Positions 31,574 to 42,451 of a stretch of 64,000 bases of DNA are shown here, piece by piece. Numbering within the stretch: the stretch's first letter is position 1; each line of letters opens with the position of its first letter. Position numbers and translations under genes: made by a program. The DNA lies in NCBI GenBank assembly GCA_049516875.1, contig JBEKSS010000011.1, positions 1-64,000 on the forward strand, in the 5' to 3' direction. The notes beneath the pieces are model-generated. The model did no database searches. It saw only the letters and a list, made by a program, of their open reading frames with translations, and was not told the origin of the DNA. The DNA comes from Candidatus Bathyarchaeia archaeon. GTDB lineage: Archaea; Thermoproteota; Bathyarchaeia; Bathyarchaeales; Bathycorpusculaceae.

Positions 31574-32611
31574 TTAGCGCTTGATTTCATCGACCCATTT
31601 TCGCTCTTTTTTGAAGGCTAACGCTGCCAAGAGCGTTGCCACGATTAGCATGGGTAGGATAAGGATTGCAGAGAACTCTGGCATCCATGCAGTTCCGGTC
31701 CAGCGCACTATGGTCCCGTCGGTTCCCACAGCCCAACCATCACTGGCACTAACCATACATACCGAAATAAGCCAGTTACCCGTAGGGCTTGTTTTGTTAT
31801 CCCATTGCGTGCCGTTCCAATGAATTATGGTTCCACCTTCGCCTACGGCCCATACATCACTGACGTTGAGCGTAGATACTGAAGAAAGAAATCCGGTTGC
31901 TGGGTTCGTTACTGCGTTCCACGCGGTGCCGTTCCAATGGATCGTACTTCCAAAGCCTACTGCCCACCCGTCGCTAGAATTGACCATAGAAACAGAAAAG
32001 AAATCTGATACTATTGGACTCGTTACGTTACTCCATTGCACGCCATTCCAGTGTATCACCGTTCCTCCAAGACCTACTGCCCACCCGTCGCTTGCGTCGA
32101 TCACGTCTATTGATTCAAGTGACATTGGCGTCGGGCTCGCTACGTTGCTCCATTGTGTTCCGTTCCAACGAATTATTGCTCCGTCCTGACCTGCTGCCCA
32201 CCCATTACTGGCATCAATCATGTGTATGCCATAGAGGAACTTTGTCATTGGATTCGTAACGTTGCTCCATTCCGTCCCATTCCAATGTATTATGGTTCCA
32301 TGATCGCCGTATCCCAAATTATAACCGCCCACAGCCCACACATCATTAGGACTAGACATGAACACACAATAAAGCCAAGCATAAGGAACAGGGTTGGCCA
32401 CTATATTCCATGCTGAACCGTTCCAGTGGATCGTCGTTCCATCTTGACCCACCGCCCACCCGTCATTAGCATTTACCAAAGATACCGACAACAACTCAGC
32501 CACCGTCGGGCTGCTCCAGTTTAACCAAGCACTCTCTGCTCTAGCGACAGGCACACTTACGAACAACAAGATCGCCAAAAACAGAAGACATATCTGAATA
32601 GTGCTCTTCAT
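31574..32611 (-). CDS. Secreted beta-propeller repeat protein with PEF-CTERM sorting signal
   Basis: Seven DGWAVGxxGTIIHWNG repeats; C-terminal PEF, TM helix, basic tail. Confidence 0.85.
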   Translation of the reverse strand: MKSTIQICLLFLAILLFVSVPVARAESAWLNWSSPTVAELLSVSLVNANDGWAVGQDGTTIHWNGSAWNIVANPVPYAWLYCVFMSSPNDVWAVGGYNLGYGDHGTIIHWNGTEWSNVTNPMTKFLYGIHMIDASNGWAAGQDGAIIRWNGTQWSNVASPTPMSLESIDVIDASDGWAVGLGGTVIHWNGVQWSNVTSPIVSDFFSVSMVNSSDGWAVGFGSTIHWNGTAWNAVTNPATGFLSSVSTLNVSDVWAVGEGGTIIHWNGTQWDNKTSPTGNWLISVCMVSASDGWAVGTDGTIVRWTGTAWMPEFSAILILPMLIVATLLAALAFKKERKWVDEIKR

Positions 32612-32839
32612 GCCGTTTCCTCTTTAACCAGCCTTTCGCTAATCTCAACTTTTATGATTTGCCATTGAGAAACAGAGAATTCCAACTAGTATTAGAACGA
32701 ATGTTCGCGTGAGCTTCATTTTCCTCTCTCCCTGTTTCAAACAGGTTCACGCAACAGATAAGACTTATGAGCAAATCGTCTATGACATTGAGTTCTGAAC
32801 ATTTTGCCTTGAGTGTGAAACTCTACCGCAGCAGTAACA

Positions 32840-35800
32840 CTATTCGTGTTGGTTGAAGTAGTAGACGGCTATAGCTATGTCTTTCATGTCGACGACGCCG
32901 TCGTTGTTCACGTCTGCGTTGGGGTACCACGGTGGCTTGCTAGGCTTGGTCTGGAACAGGCTGACCAAGTAGGCGATATCTTTCATGTTGACGATTCCGT
33001 CGTACACTCCTGGAGTCGTGCCGGACACGTCGCCCGGGACGCCCACGTGAACGGGAACGCTGCACGTGCAGTTGTTGTCCGCAGTGTCTGTTTCTCCCGG
33101 AACAGGCCATGCGTAAGCGCTTATGGTGTAGTTGCCGTAGGCAAAGCCAGTAGTGTTCCACGTGAAGGTGACGGGTGCAGAAGCGCCAGCTTCCAAAGTG
33201 ACAGATTGTGTTTGGATGGAAAAGCGTCCTCCTGTGCGTGTGTATTCAGCCCAAATCTCCTCAGCAGACAAAGCTCTATTGTAAATTTTAACTTCGTCGA
33301 TGATGCCATTGAACCAAAATCCAGTTGTAGGATTGTTACCAATCCTAAGTGATTGACCGGTATAGGCTAGATAACCTGCTCCTTGGCTACTTACAAGCTT
33401 TCCATTGACATAGATTTTTGAAGTTCCATCGAAAGTTCCAACAACATGATACCATACGCCTGGTTGAATAGTTCCAGGAGGTGAGTAACATATTCCTGGG
33501 GCAAATTCGATACCCGCATTCGGATTAATGCGCAGAAAATAACCCTCATAATAAAATGTACTTACAATAGTCGCATAAGTATTGACATCACTGGCTTTAA
33601 ACCATGTTTCTAATGTGATTGCCGTAGTTGGCATAAGACTGGGATCAGTCCCGCAATCAACATAATCATCAACTCCATCAAAGCTCAAGGCGCTATTTAC
33701 TTTCCCGCTCGTCCATGAAGCTCCGTATATAATTCCGTGATTGTTGTAGCCGGAGCTGTCGTAGGCTGTTGTACCTGAGCCTTCATCAAGCTTCCAGTAG
33801 CCAACCAAGCCTGGAGGCTGAGTGTAGCCAGTTAGGTTGCAGTAGGCGGTTACGTTGAAGGTTTCTGTGTAGCTGCCTTGATTTGCCGCTGTGACGTTTA
33901 TGCTGGCGCTGAAGCCTTGACCAACCACAGTCTTAGAAGGCGCAACATTGGTGACGGCTACATCATGAACACCAAAAGCGTAAACATTCCCGTCGTTTGA
34001 GCCCACGTAGACTTTACCACCAGCAACAGCAGGAGAAGAATCCACCACACCGCCTGTCGTGTAGCTCCAGATATATGCGCCCGTCGTAGCGTTCAAAGCG
34101 TAAAAATTGCCGTTAGTTGAGCCCACATAGACGAAACCACCGGCAACAGCAGGAGAAGAATACACGTAACTGCCTGTTGTGTAGCTCCATATGAGTGCGC
34201 CCGTCGTAGCGTTCAAAGCGTAGACCTTGCCGTCAAATGAGGCCACGTAGACGACACCACCGGCAACAGCAGGAGAAGAAACCACGGAATTGCCTGTTGT
34301 GAAGCTCCACACCTGCGCGCCCGTCGTGGCGTTCAAAGCATAGGTCCTGTTGTCAGCTGAGCCCACATAGACGAAACCACCGGCAACAGCAGGAGAAGAA
34401 TACACGTAACTGCCTGTTGTGTAGCTCCATATGAGTGCGCCCGTCGTTGCGTTCAAAGCGTAAACATTGTCGGCCCAATATGAGCCCACGTAGACGACAC
34501 CACCAGCAACAGCAGGAGAAGACATCACGTAACTGCCTGTTGTGAAGCTCCATATGAGTGCGCCCGTCGTTGCGTTCAAAGCGTAAACATTACCGTCATC
34601 TGAGCCCACGTAGACGACACCACCAGCAACAGCAGGAGAAGACTCCACCCAACTGCCTGTTGTGAAGCTCCACACCTGCGCGCCCGTCGTGGCGTTCAAA
34701 GCATAGGTCCTGTTGTCACATGAGCCCACATAGACGACACCACCAGCAACAGCAGGAGAAGACCGCACCCAACTGCCTGTTGTGAAGCTCCATATGAGTG
34801 CGCCCGTCGTGGCGTTCAAAGCGTAGGTCCTGTTGTCAGCTGAGCCCACATAGACGAAACCACCGGCAACAGCAGGAGAAGAAGATACGCCGCCGCCGGT
34901 TGTGTAGGTCCAGAGAGTTTGGTTTGTGTTTGGCGCCGTTGAAGTTGAATATCCGTTGTGCCACAGGTCATGATGGAACATCGGCCACCGTTCGCGAGGA
35001 TTCTTCACAAGTACAGAGTTGCCGCTTATTACCACAGTTACGCCGTCTGGCACTTCGTCTGGCGCATTTGCATAAAACGGAGTCCAGGTTGCAGCGATGC
35101 TAGTGCCATTGGTTGATGTCCAGTAGTTGTTGTAGAAGTAGAAGTCGAAAGCGGGAGAGCCTCCAGGGGTGGATGTCTGCCAGACTTCTTCATAGTCCGT
35201 ATAGTCATAGACCCCCGAATAAAGATAAGACAAAACCAAGTAGTCCCCACCTGTTGGTGCGTCTAGTGACCAAACCAGATTGGAGCTCTGATATGCAGCA
35301 AAACTGGTGACACCACTTTGGGTGGTGATGTAGAATGTATATGTGACTCCCAAGGATAGGGCCAAGGCGTTCGGTGAATAGTTATAGGTCAGATTATCTA
35401 GCGGACCAGTTGTCCACGAATAGGATAATCCCCAAATGCCATAATCATCAGCAAATCCAATCTGATTGTAGCTTCCGTTATTATCCCAAGCTGAAAGAAT
35501 TACGTAATAGAATTCATCTGATCGAGGCGCGGAAGAGGGAACCGTAATACTCACGTTAATGGTACTCGCATTCTCTGTAGACGCCCACCAAGGACGTACG
35601 CCCCCAGCATACCAATGGGTATCATAACCCGTAGTGGGTGTCTCCGGAGCCAGTGTCGGAAATATGACACGCCCGTTAACCGCAGGAAAGGGTTCTCCCT
35701 GGGTCCACGATAATTCATGTATTGGCGCACTCGAAGTCAAATTAGTTGAATCTGCGGGTGCGAACGAATCAACACTCCTTGCTTGCCCAGATTCTTCTCT

Positions 35801-35902
35801 TAAACTTGCTTTCACGCTGAATGGTTGGACGTTAAATGCCACCGTTAACGCACTTGCTAACAGCATTATCAGCATTGTGACTACAACTATTTTCCTTTCC
35901 AT
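32840..35902 (-). CDS. Secreted protein: unknown domain, PQQ-like propeller, CARDB with LamG insertion, dockerin-like
   Basis: 120-bp SSPAVAGG repeats; LVGYWKLDEGSG...FNGIIDEVKIYNRAL LamG; same dockerin tail. Confidence 0.85.
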   Translation of the reverse strand: MERKIVVVTMLIMLLASALTVAFNVQPFSVKASLREESGQARSVDSFAPADSTNLTSSAPIHELSWTQGEPFPAVNGRVIFPTLAPETPTTGYDTHWYAGGVRPWWASTENASTINVSITVPSSAPRSDEFYYVILSAWDNNGSYNQIGFADDYGIWGLSYSWTTGPLDNLTYNYSPNALALSLGVTYTFYITTQSGVTSFAAYQSSNLVWSLDAPTGGDYLVLSYLYSGVYDYTDYEEVWQTSTPGGSPAFDFYFYNNYWTSTNGTSIAATWTPFYANAPDEVPDGVTVVISGNSVLVKNPRERWPMFHHDLWHNGYSTSTAPNTNQTLWTYTTGGGVSSSPAVAGGFVYVGSADNRTYALNATTGALIWSFTTGSWVRSSPAVAGGVVYVGSCDNRTYALNATTGAQVWSFTTGSWVESSPAVAGGVVYVGSDDGNVYALNATTGALIWSFTTGSYVMSSPAVAGGVVYVGSYWADNVYALNATTGALIWSYTTGSYVYSSPAVAGGFVYVGSADNRTYALNATTGAQVWSFTTGNSVVSSPAVAGGVVYVASFDGKVYALNATTGALIWSYTTGSYVYSSPAVAGGFVYVGSTNGNFYALNATTGAYIWSYTTGGVVDSSPAVAGGKVYVGSNDGNVYAFGVHDVAVTNVAPSKTVVGQGFSASINVTAANQGSYTETFNVTAYCNLTGYTQPPGLVGYWKLDEGSGTTAYDSSGYNNHGIIYGASWTSGKVNSALSFDGVDDYVDCGTDPSLMPTTAITLETWFKASDVNTYATIVSTFYYEGYFLRINPNAGIEFAPGICYSPPGTIQPGVWYHVVGTFDGTSKIYVNGKLVSSQGAGYLAYTGQSLRIGNNPTTGFWFNGIIDEVKIYNRALSAEEIWAEYTRTGGRFSIQTQSVTLEAGASAPVTFTWNTTGFAYGNYTISAYAWPVPGETDTADNNCTCSVPVHVGVPGDVSGTTPGVYDGIVNMKDIAYLVSLFQTKPSKPPWYPNADVNNDGVVDMKDIAIAVYYFNQHE

Positions 35903-36012
35903 TTTTCCTTTCTCCTTTTTGTTGTCATGGAGACGTTAGGCCTCGGCCAGTTCGGCACGCAGCCTTCCAGAAAGCCATGGGAATCGGCCAATTCATAAAA
36001 GCATCTCCTTCC

Positions 36013-36150
36013 TCACCAGACAGTGTAACTGGCAAACCTACTTAAGGCTTGTGAAACATTGTTACGGGTCCGATTTCTGCCGGACGCTCTGGGCGTCTGC
36101 CGTCGGCCACGAATGCACCATGAGGAACGGACACGGATGAAACGCGTTCC
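36013..36150. repeat. Conserved upstream block, copy 1
   Basis: 70-bp core 36080-36149 matches 44476-44545 with one mismatch; TTAAGTA TATA-like box on the minus strand. Confidence 0.85.
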
Positions 36151-36303
36151 ACGGTTCAAACAAGCGCGCTTAAAAATCCTTGTGGGTTTCATCCAAGGCA
36201 ATGTTGAAAGCGCCAGGAGTGGCGATGTCTCCCGCAACTCCCTTTTTTCTATTATGCGCGCGCCTGGTTCTTTCCATGTCTGTGATGTATTCAAATCCTT
36301 GCT

Positions 36304-36687
36304 CTATCCTCGGGATTGCTTGAAAATCGAGAGGTCAATCTTCGGAATTCTTATTATTATGTCTCTTTTGGTGAAGTTGAACTGTATGCTGTTCACTGCA
36401 TTGCAGAACACTTCTATCCAAGCACCCAAAGAAGTCCAATTCTTCCCCAGCAAGTCCATTTGCAGGGATATTACGGATGTGATTCCCATAAGAGCATCCA
36501 AGTTATAGTTTTTAGATTCCGCATAACTTGCAATGGTACTCACAAGTGACAGAATGCTTGTCATCCTTTTCTTGACTTCGATTGCTTGTGCAGGGTCTTT
36601 TAAGACATCGAGTATTTCTTTTGTGAGTTTCAGAATCTCTTCTTTCTTAGAAACAAGCATCAGTCTTTCTTTCTCAGTAAGTTCCAT
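36304..36687 (-). CDS. Hypothetical protein
   Basis: 127-aa ATG-started ORF between CG runs. Confidence 0.65.
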   Translation of the reverse strand: MELTEKERLMLVSKKEEILKLTKEILDVLKDPAQAIEVKKRMTSILSLVSTIASYAESKNYNLDALMGITSVISLQMDLLGKNWTSLGAWIEVFCNAVNSIQFNFTKRDIIIRIPKIDLSIFKQSRG

Positions 36688-36827
36688 TCTGGAGCATCTT
36701 CCATAGCATGATACGAAACAACCTCCATTAATATCTTGAGGAGAAAATCAGAAAAAAAGCGCGCGCCCTAAAACCTATATAATTGCTATGTCTCACATCT
36801 CGAAACATTAAGCATTCAAGGTGAAGT

Positions 36828-37337
36828 TTGACGAGCCGCGTTGACTCATCTTTCTTGGCCAAGTGGAAAAAAGAATACTATGAACATGATGACCTCGAAT
36901 ACTCTAATCTAATCAGAAAAGATGAGCTTACAGTTGACGACTTGGGAAAACTTCTGTCATGGAAAAGTTACCGGTTCAGAAAGACAATGAAGAATAAACT
37001 CGGGAATAGTGTAAAAGAGATAAACGATTTGAGAAAGGAAAGACCGAAGGAGCCAAGGCTTGATGATTTCGTCAGGAAATTCTACCCTGACTATCCTGAG
37101 GACGCCCCCATTTTTGGCACATTCATAAAACATATTCTCAACCCGGGTGAGTTCCCTGTCTACGACCAGTTCGTCCACAAAGCATACCATAGATTGTGTG
37201 GCACTCAAATTGAAGGAGATTGCTTAATGGATTGCTACGAGAGTTATCGAAGCTTCTTCAAAGAGCAAAAAGCAAAGCTGGGTTGTACCGACAAGCAGCT
37301 TGATGAAACTCTTTGGGCATATGGACGCTATGGGTGA
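36828..37337 (+). CDS. Hypothetical protein, possible HhH/glycosylase-like fold
   Basis: FPVYDQFV...LDETLWAYG pattern. Confidence 0.6.
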   Translation: MTSRVDSSFLAKWKKEYYEHDDLEYSNLIRKDELTVDDLGKLLSWKSYRFRKTMKNKLGNSVKEINDLRKERPKEPRLDDFVRKFYPDYPEDAPIFGTFIKHILNPGEFPVYDQFVHKAYHRLCGTQIEGDCLMDCYESYRSFFKEQKAKLGCTDKQLDETLWAYGRYG

Positions 37338-37353
37338 CAGCCTAGCGCGTTTC

Positions 37354-37569
37354 TCAGAACGCATCCAGTTTCTTCTGTTTCTCCACTTCCTTCCTTATCA
37401 GGTCCTGAAGCGCTTCGCTTATTCCACCGGAATATTTGGGCCAAACGACTGTTCGCATAAACTCTCTGAGAAGGCTGTTTGGAACGTTGCAAATCGTAAG
37501 GTTTCCAAAAGAGTCTTCTTTGAGCTTGCCATCTTCAGCGATGTAATTTATGAGCGGTTTGTTCTTCAC
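37354..37569 (-). CDS. Small ribbon-helix-helix-like protein
   Basis: LTICNVP...GISEALQDLIRKEV. Confidence 0.5.
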   Translation of the reverse strand: MKNKPLINYIAEDGKLKEDSFGNLTICNVPNSLLREFMRTVVWPKYSGGISEALQDLIRKEVEKQKKLDAF

Positions 37570-37758
37570 GTTTTCATCTTCCTTTGTCTTGTTGGTATGG
37601 GCGTCAAAGGCGCGCGCGCTCAATGATGAGTTGATTAATCTTGTGGAACTAAGAGCCTTATTGCTTGTTCATGAGGATAAGTCTTTATTCAGTAGTTTTT
37701 CTGTCCTTAGATTTTCGGTAAGGAGAGAGGAAACTACAAAATTGCTTGATCAATCTCT

Positions 37759-38088
37759 TCACAATTCTCTTCTGAGCAGTTCTCTGCTTCGGAATCCTGC
37801 ACGCCGTAAGCCATTATTGAAAAGATTGTTCAGCCTTCTCACTTGTTGTGTAATCGACTCATCATTCTCGTATTCTGTCAATTCTGAACCTTTGGCATCA
37901 TAAACACCGGCTGGTTCAAATTCCAAGTCTGACAGAAAACATCTAAACCTCACCACAACGTCACGTTCGTTGATACGCATTGGGAGCTCAAAGGATATGC
38001 CAGCGAGGATGCTGTCAACGTTTTCGCCGTTAACTTGGCGCACAACATCTAACGCAATTCCCCTCACTCTTTCCCTCAATTCGCTCAT
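37759..38088 (-). CDS. Hypothetical protein
   Basis: ORF from MSELRERV lying between CG runs at 37610 and 38143. Confidence 0.4.
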   Translation of the reverse strand: MSELRERVRGIALDVVRQVNGENVDSILAGISFELPMRINERDVVVRFRCFLSDLEFEPAGVYDAKGSELTEYENDESITQQVRRLNNLFNNGLRRAGFRSRELLRREL

Positions 38089-38280
38089 ACTTGCAGAATA
38101 CTGATGGTTCGCTTTTGAGTCTTTCTGCCAATGAAAGAGAGAGCGCGCGCTAAAATACTGCTTTTTAATATACTGCTTATCACCATGTAAATCACTTATG
38201 TCACACAGCAAACGTGCACACAACAATGCTTTTAACTTTTGCATGAAACAATAATTAGCAAAAAAAGAGGCAGGTTAAAG

Positions 38281-38817
38281 ATGAATGAGCGAAAGAAATT
38301 AACAGAGGCAAAATATTTCTATTCTAGAATGGTCGAAGAGCAAAGAAATAGAGACAATTTTTCGCATAACTTAAGCGCGTTTCTTTCTTCTTCTCGCTCA
38401 GTGTTACAGTATGCATTTTCTGAAGTGGAAAAAAACATTGAAGGACAAAAATGGTATGAATCCCATATGTCAGCAAGCTCCATATTAAGGTTCTTTAAAG
38501 ATAAACGTGATATCAATATCCATGCTAAACCTGTCTCACCTATTGCGAAATATGATGCAACTTTCAAAGAAACTTTGGGTATATCAGATTCGGTTTCAGT
38601 TACCCTTAGGGATAAAAATGGAAACATAAAAGAACAACATTCTAGTGAATTTCATTCGAAATCAGAGGGTACAAAAGATCAGGCAACAATACAAGTCAAG
38701 TATGAGTTTGACGACTGGAACGGAAATGAGGACGTTCTGACACTATGTCAAAAATACCTTGAAGAATTGGAAAGGCTAATTGAGGATGGAGTGGGCAAAG
38801 GATTTATTACGGGTTAA
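38281..38817 (+). CDS. HEPN-like protein
   Basis: Rx4H motif RDINIH in a helical, AT-rich ORF. Confidence 0.55.
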   Translation: MNERKKLTEAKYFYSRMVEEQRNRDNFSHNLSAFLSSSRSVLQYAFSEVEKNIEGQKWYESHMSASSILRFFKDKRDINIHAKPVSPIAKYDATFKETLGISDSVSVTLRDKNGNIKEQHSSEFHSKSEGTKDQATIQVKYEFDDWNGNEDVLTLCQKYLEELERLIEDGVGKGFITG

Positions 38818-39387
38818 TGTCCAAATTTTAATACATTGTGCTCGCGTCGTGTAGCGCGCGCTGTTTCGGTAAACCAACTTGAAACGTGATTTTCTTTGAA
38901 TCGTGTTGCTTTTTCTTTTTCGTGCTCGCTTTTTTATCCCCATTGTCAGCGTTTTCAGAGGGTAGGGCGTCCTCAGGGTCAGAGTAAGGCTTCTCTTCTC
39001 GGCGAGATGACAATAGGGACAATAATTCAAGCTCTGTTTCCCATGGTAAACTCATTTTGAGGATTTTTGTAAATCAAGGTGTTTTTTTGTTTTCGCGCTC
39101 GTGGTGTTTCTCCTGTGCGACACACTTTCTGGGTGTTACGCGGCCTCAGGGTTTGGGAGAGCGCACCCTCTCGGAGCGTGTCCCATGGGAGTCACGCTTT
39201 AAGCCCTGTTTCGTGTGGAAGTGTTGAAGAATGAGAGACCATCTTTAATGGCAGGCTGCAAAGCTGTAATGTTAAGATTCTTATGCCAAGGATGACATAA
39301 GATGGAAAGCTGACCCTTTCTCTATGTCAAAATCTGGTGCGCCTTGACGTTTGTGAAGAGTGCCTCTGCTCTCGGGACAATGCATAC

Positions 39388-39459
39388 AAGTGACAGGTGA
39401 ACAAAAAGGGGGGTTATTCGTGTTGGTTGAAGTAGGCGATGGCTATGGCTATGTCTTTC
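39388..39459 (-). pseudogene. Orphan dockerin 3' end with its terminator
   Basis: Encodes KDIAIAIAYFNQHE*; downstream flank matches 29161-29190. Confidence 0.8.
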
Positions 39460-39724
39460 GCGTTGCGGTGTGGAACTAACTGTCAAGTTGTTATCGTGGC
39501 ATTTCTTCACCTAACTTGACCTCGGGGAGCCTTCAACAAACATGTACGCGAGCAAAGAAATTGGAGCTTGTCACAGGAGAATACGTCAGCGTGCTTCAAA
39601 CAACAGCCTATCAACAATCTTTGCTTGGACAGTTTTGTCTTGAACCCGCGGTTACCGTTTGAAAGCGTTTTGGGCGTGAAACGAAAAGGAAAAAAAGGGA
39701 AGCTTCGTTTCTCAGGCTGTCCGC

Positions 39725-42451
39725 CTATGGGTCGTTGCCTGGTGCGTTCATGTTGAAGCGCGCTACTGTTCCTGCTATGTCTTTCATGTTGCTGACGCGG
39801 TCTCCGTAGGGATCAACGCAGCCGTTTGCACCGTACACTCCGACCCATTTTGGATCTAGGACGGTTGAAGTTGGTGCTTTGGCGTTGAAGTGGACGACGA
39901 GGTATGCGATGTCTTTCATGTTGATTTTTCCGTCTGAAACGCCCACTGTTGAGCCGCTGACGTCGTACCACGGAGTGTCTTGCTTCCAGATAGTGTACGC
40001 ATGCTCACCTGGGTACAGCGCGTCATAGTACCAGCCTTTAACCCAGTAGTTGCACCAATGTCCGCCTGTTGGCGTGGCGACTGTGAAGCTTGGACAATCA
40101 TTGTAGTATATCTGCTGCAATTGGTTGTACAATGCCTGTCTTGCCATGTATCCGGGAGAGCCTAGACCAGCGCTGTCGTCAGTGAACAGGGCCTGGTCTA
40201 TCAGTGCGTCTTTCTGAGTGCTCCCACCGTTCGCAGCCGTGTAGCCCTGGAGGCTGGCAAAGAATCCATTACTATGCATGTATGCACGCACAAAGTCGTC
40301 GGCATCCGCAAAGTCTGCAAGCCAGCGGACGTCGAACATCGGCAGGTTCTGGGCATAAAAGTCGGTGATGAACGTGTTCCAGCTGATTGGTGCTAAGTTG
40401 ATGGTGAAGGTGCCTGCTGGACCAAACGGTCCAGTACCGAACATGGTCTGTAGTGTTGTGAAGAAGGTCTGTATCTCGGTGCATGCGGTCTGTCGCGCGC
40501 TGTTTCCGGTGTTGTATGGCAAAGTGAATGTGAAGCCCCATTGCCACAAGCTCTTAGTCACGCCGCCTACCGTGAAGGTCGCGCTCGTCAAGCAGGTGAA
40601 TGCTGCGAGGTAGTTCATGTTGTAACCGCTGGAGGCCCAGTTGTAGTAGTCGGGGTACAGGCCTTCTACGAACGGGTTGACCCTGTTCACCTGGGCCGCG
40701 CCAAACAAAGCATTAGTGATGTACTGCGTCTGGCTGAACGAGTAGGCAAAGGCTTTTCTAACGTTCGTATTGCTGAAGAAGTTGGTTGGAATTCCTGTGG
40801 GCAAACTCCCAGTTCCGATGTATGGGCTGGCGGGGTTTATAACGAAGGTGAACATGTTCGCATCCAGCATTAGCTCCGGCGCTACGCGCTGGATAGTCTT
40901 CACGCTTGGGACCAATGGCAGTCCGTTCGACCCAACCATGAGAGGCAGGGCAGACATCGGGATTATCGCAGTGTCGAGTGCGCCCGAGTTAAGTAAACTT
41001 GCCCTCGTAGCGTCAGATGCGATGTACGCTATGTTGACCGTGTCCACGTAGCCGTTGGTTGCCGTGGGGATGTTCGGTGGGCTAGCAGGATCGCCGCATG
41101 GGTTGCCGTAGGGATCCGTTGCTGGCCATCCTCTCCAGTAGCCTGGGTTCCTCTGCAGAATCACTTGTCCGGCTACGCTGTTAATCGTCTGCACGTAGTA
41201 CGGACCTGTGCCGCAGTACCTGTTCGGCTGAAGAGGTTGATCCACTGGATCTAGGCTCTTCTGGGCCGCACCGAATCGCGCCCAGTCCATCCACCAGTCC
41301 GGGTACACTAAGCATCCCGTTCCAGGATATTGCAGTGCTGGTGCCTTGCGTCCTGTGATACGAGTCGAGACTGCGGTGGGACTTTGCATGTACTTTGACG
41401 TGTCGTACAGGTTTCCGTTCCAAGCGCCCAGGTTGTTAATCGCGTAGGCGCTGCTTATGACGTCCATGAACGTGTTGGCAAGGTTTTGCTTGAAGGCGTT
41501 GTCTGGGAATCTGTCGCCCACGTTGATGATGAGGTTGTTGCCGCTGACTTGATATGCATCGTCAATCAGGTGAGCCAGGTCCATCAGGTTCGGGTGACCA
41601 GCCGCGCTTGGATTTGCTGATTCAGTATTAGCCCAGTAAAGGTGGTTTGTTGCGTCGTTGAAAAGTGGCAAGTCCATTATCCAGTTTGGAGCAAACGCGC
41701 AGTCCATAACTGAATAGTAGCTGAAGCTGTACTTGACATCGGCAATGGAGAACTGGCCCTGTTGGATGCCTTGGTAGTTGTAGAAGTATATTGGTGGGGT
41801 TGTGCGGATGTTGAACGTGTAGTATCCACGCCACAAGGTCAACGTGTAGGTTCCTGACGCGTAGGTCATGGCGTCAACGGTCCAGGTGCGCCATGTGTTC
41901 GCGACGAAGTCTTTTAGGTAAACGTTGTCGCCCGCGTCGAACACGAGGTCTGCGTTCTGGTCAACCCAGCCGGTGCCGAGGAATGGACCGGTTTCGGGTG
42001 AGTTTCCAGAGACGAAGGTGAAGGTTGCGCCTGTCGGACTATTACCATATGCTGTGGCGAGGTTATTGGTGGTGACCGTCATTACATACGAACTTCTGGT
42101 TGGAACGTTCGTGGCCAGCACCGGGTTGAAGTTGAAGTAGAGTTCTCCGTTATTTGGTGATAGAGACGGAAATGGGTTAACACTGCCCGCCCATTGTGTC
42201 CCTCCTTGCGGTAAAGTCCCGAACTCGATTAGGCCCTCGTAAACGTTGAACAGGAGTTCTCCACTGGCGGTGTCGTAAGCGACGCCTGGGTCAGCATCAA
42301 TCGGACCCCAACCGGTGTCGCCTACATAGTACGTGGTTGTGTTAATCGGCGGCTGGGCAGGAGGGACAGAATGGACTTTCGCTTGCGGAGCAACGATTGG
42401 AAGCAACATTATAGCCACAGCAAATATCGCAATCAAAAATAGTTTCTTCAT
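39725..42451 (-). CDS. Family 5 (peptide/nickel) ABC substrate-binding protein with C-terminal dockerin-like domain
   Basis: DPGVAYD...NVYEGL, CGTGPY, VRKAFAYSF, WLADFAD; ends DGKINMKDIAYL...NMKDIAG. Confidence 0.88.
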   Translation of the reverse strand: MKKLFLIAIFAVAIMLLPIVAPQAKVHSVPPAQPPINTTTYYVGDTGWGPIDADPGVAYDTASGELLFNVYEGLIEFGTLPQGGTQWAGSVNPFPSLSPNNGELYFNFNPVLATNVPTRSSYVMTVTTNNLATAYGNSPTGATFTFVSGNSPETGPFLGTGWVDQNADLVFDAGDNVYLKDFVANTWRTWTVDAMTYASGTYTLTLWRGYYTFNIRTTPPIYFYNYQGIQQGQFSIADVKYSFSYYSVMDCAFAPNWIMDLPLFNDATNHLYWANTESANPSAAGHPNLMDLAHLIDDAYQVSGNNLIINVGDRFPDNAFKQNLANTFMDVISSAYAINNLGAWNGNLYDTSKYMQSPTAVSTRITGRKAPALQYPGTGCLVYPDWWMDWARFGAAQKSLDPVDQPLQPNRYCGTGPYYVQTINSVAGQVILQRNPGYWRGWPATDPYGNPCGDPASPPNIPTATNGYVDTVNIAYIASDATRASLLNSGALDTAIIPMSALPLMVGSNGLPLVPSVKTIQRVAPELMLDANMFTFVINPASPYIGTGSLPTGIPTNFFSNTNVRKAFAYSFSQTQYITNALFGAAQVNRVNPFVEGLYPDYYNWASSGYNMNYLAAFTCLTSATFTVGGVTKSLWQWGFTFTLPYNTGNSARQTACTEIQTFFTTLQTMFGTGPFGPAGTFTINLAPISWNTFITDFYAQNLPMFDVRWLADFADADDFVRAYMHSNGFFASLQGYTAANGGSTQKDALIDQALFTDDSAGLGSPGYMARQALYNQLQQIYYNDCPSFTVATPTGGHWCNYWVKGWYYDALYPGEHAYTIWKQDTPWYDVSGSTVGVSDGKINMKDIAYLVVHFNAKAPTSTVLDPKWVGVYGANGCVDPYGDRVSNMKDIAGTVARFNMNAPGNDP

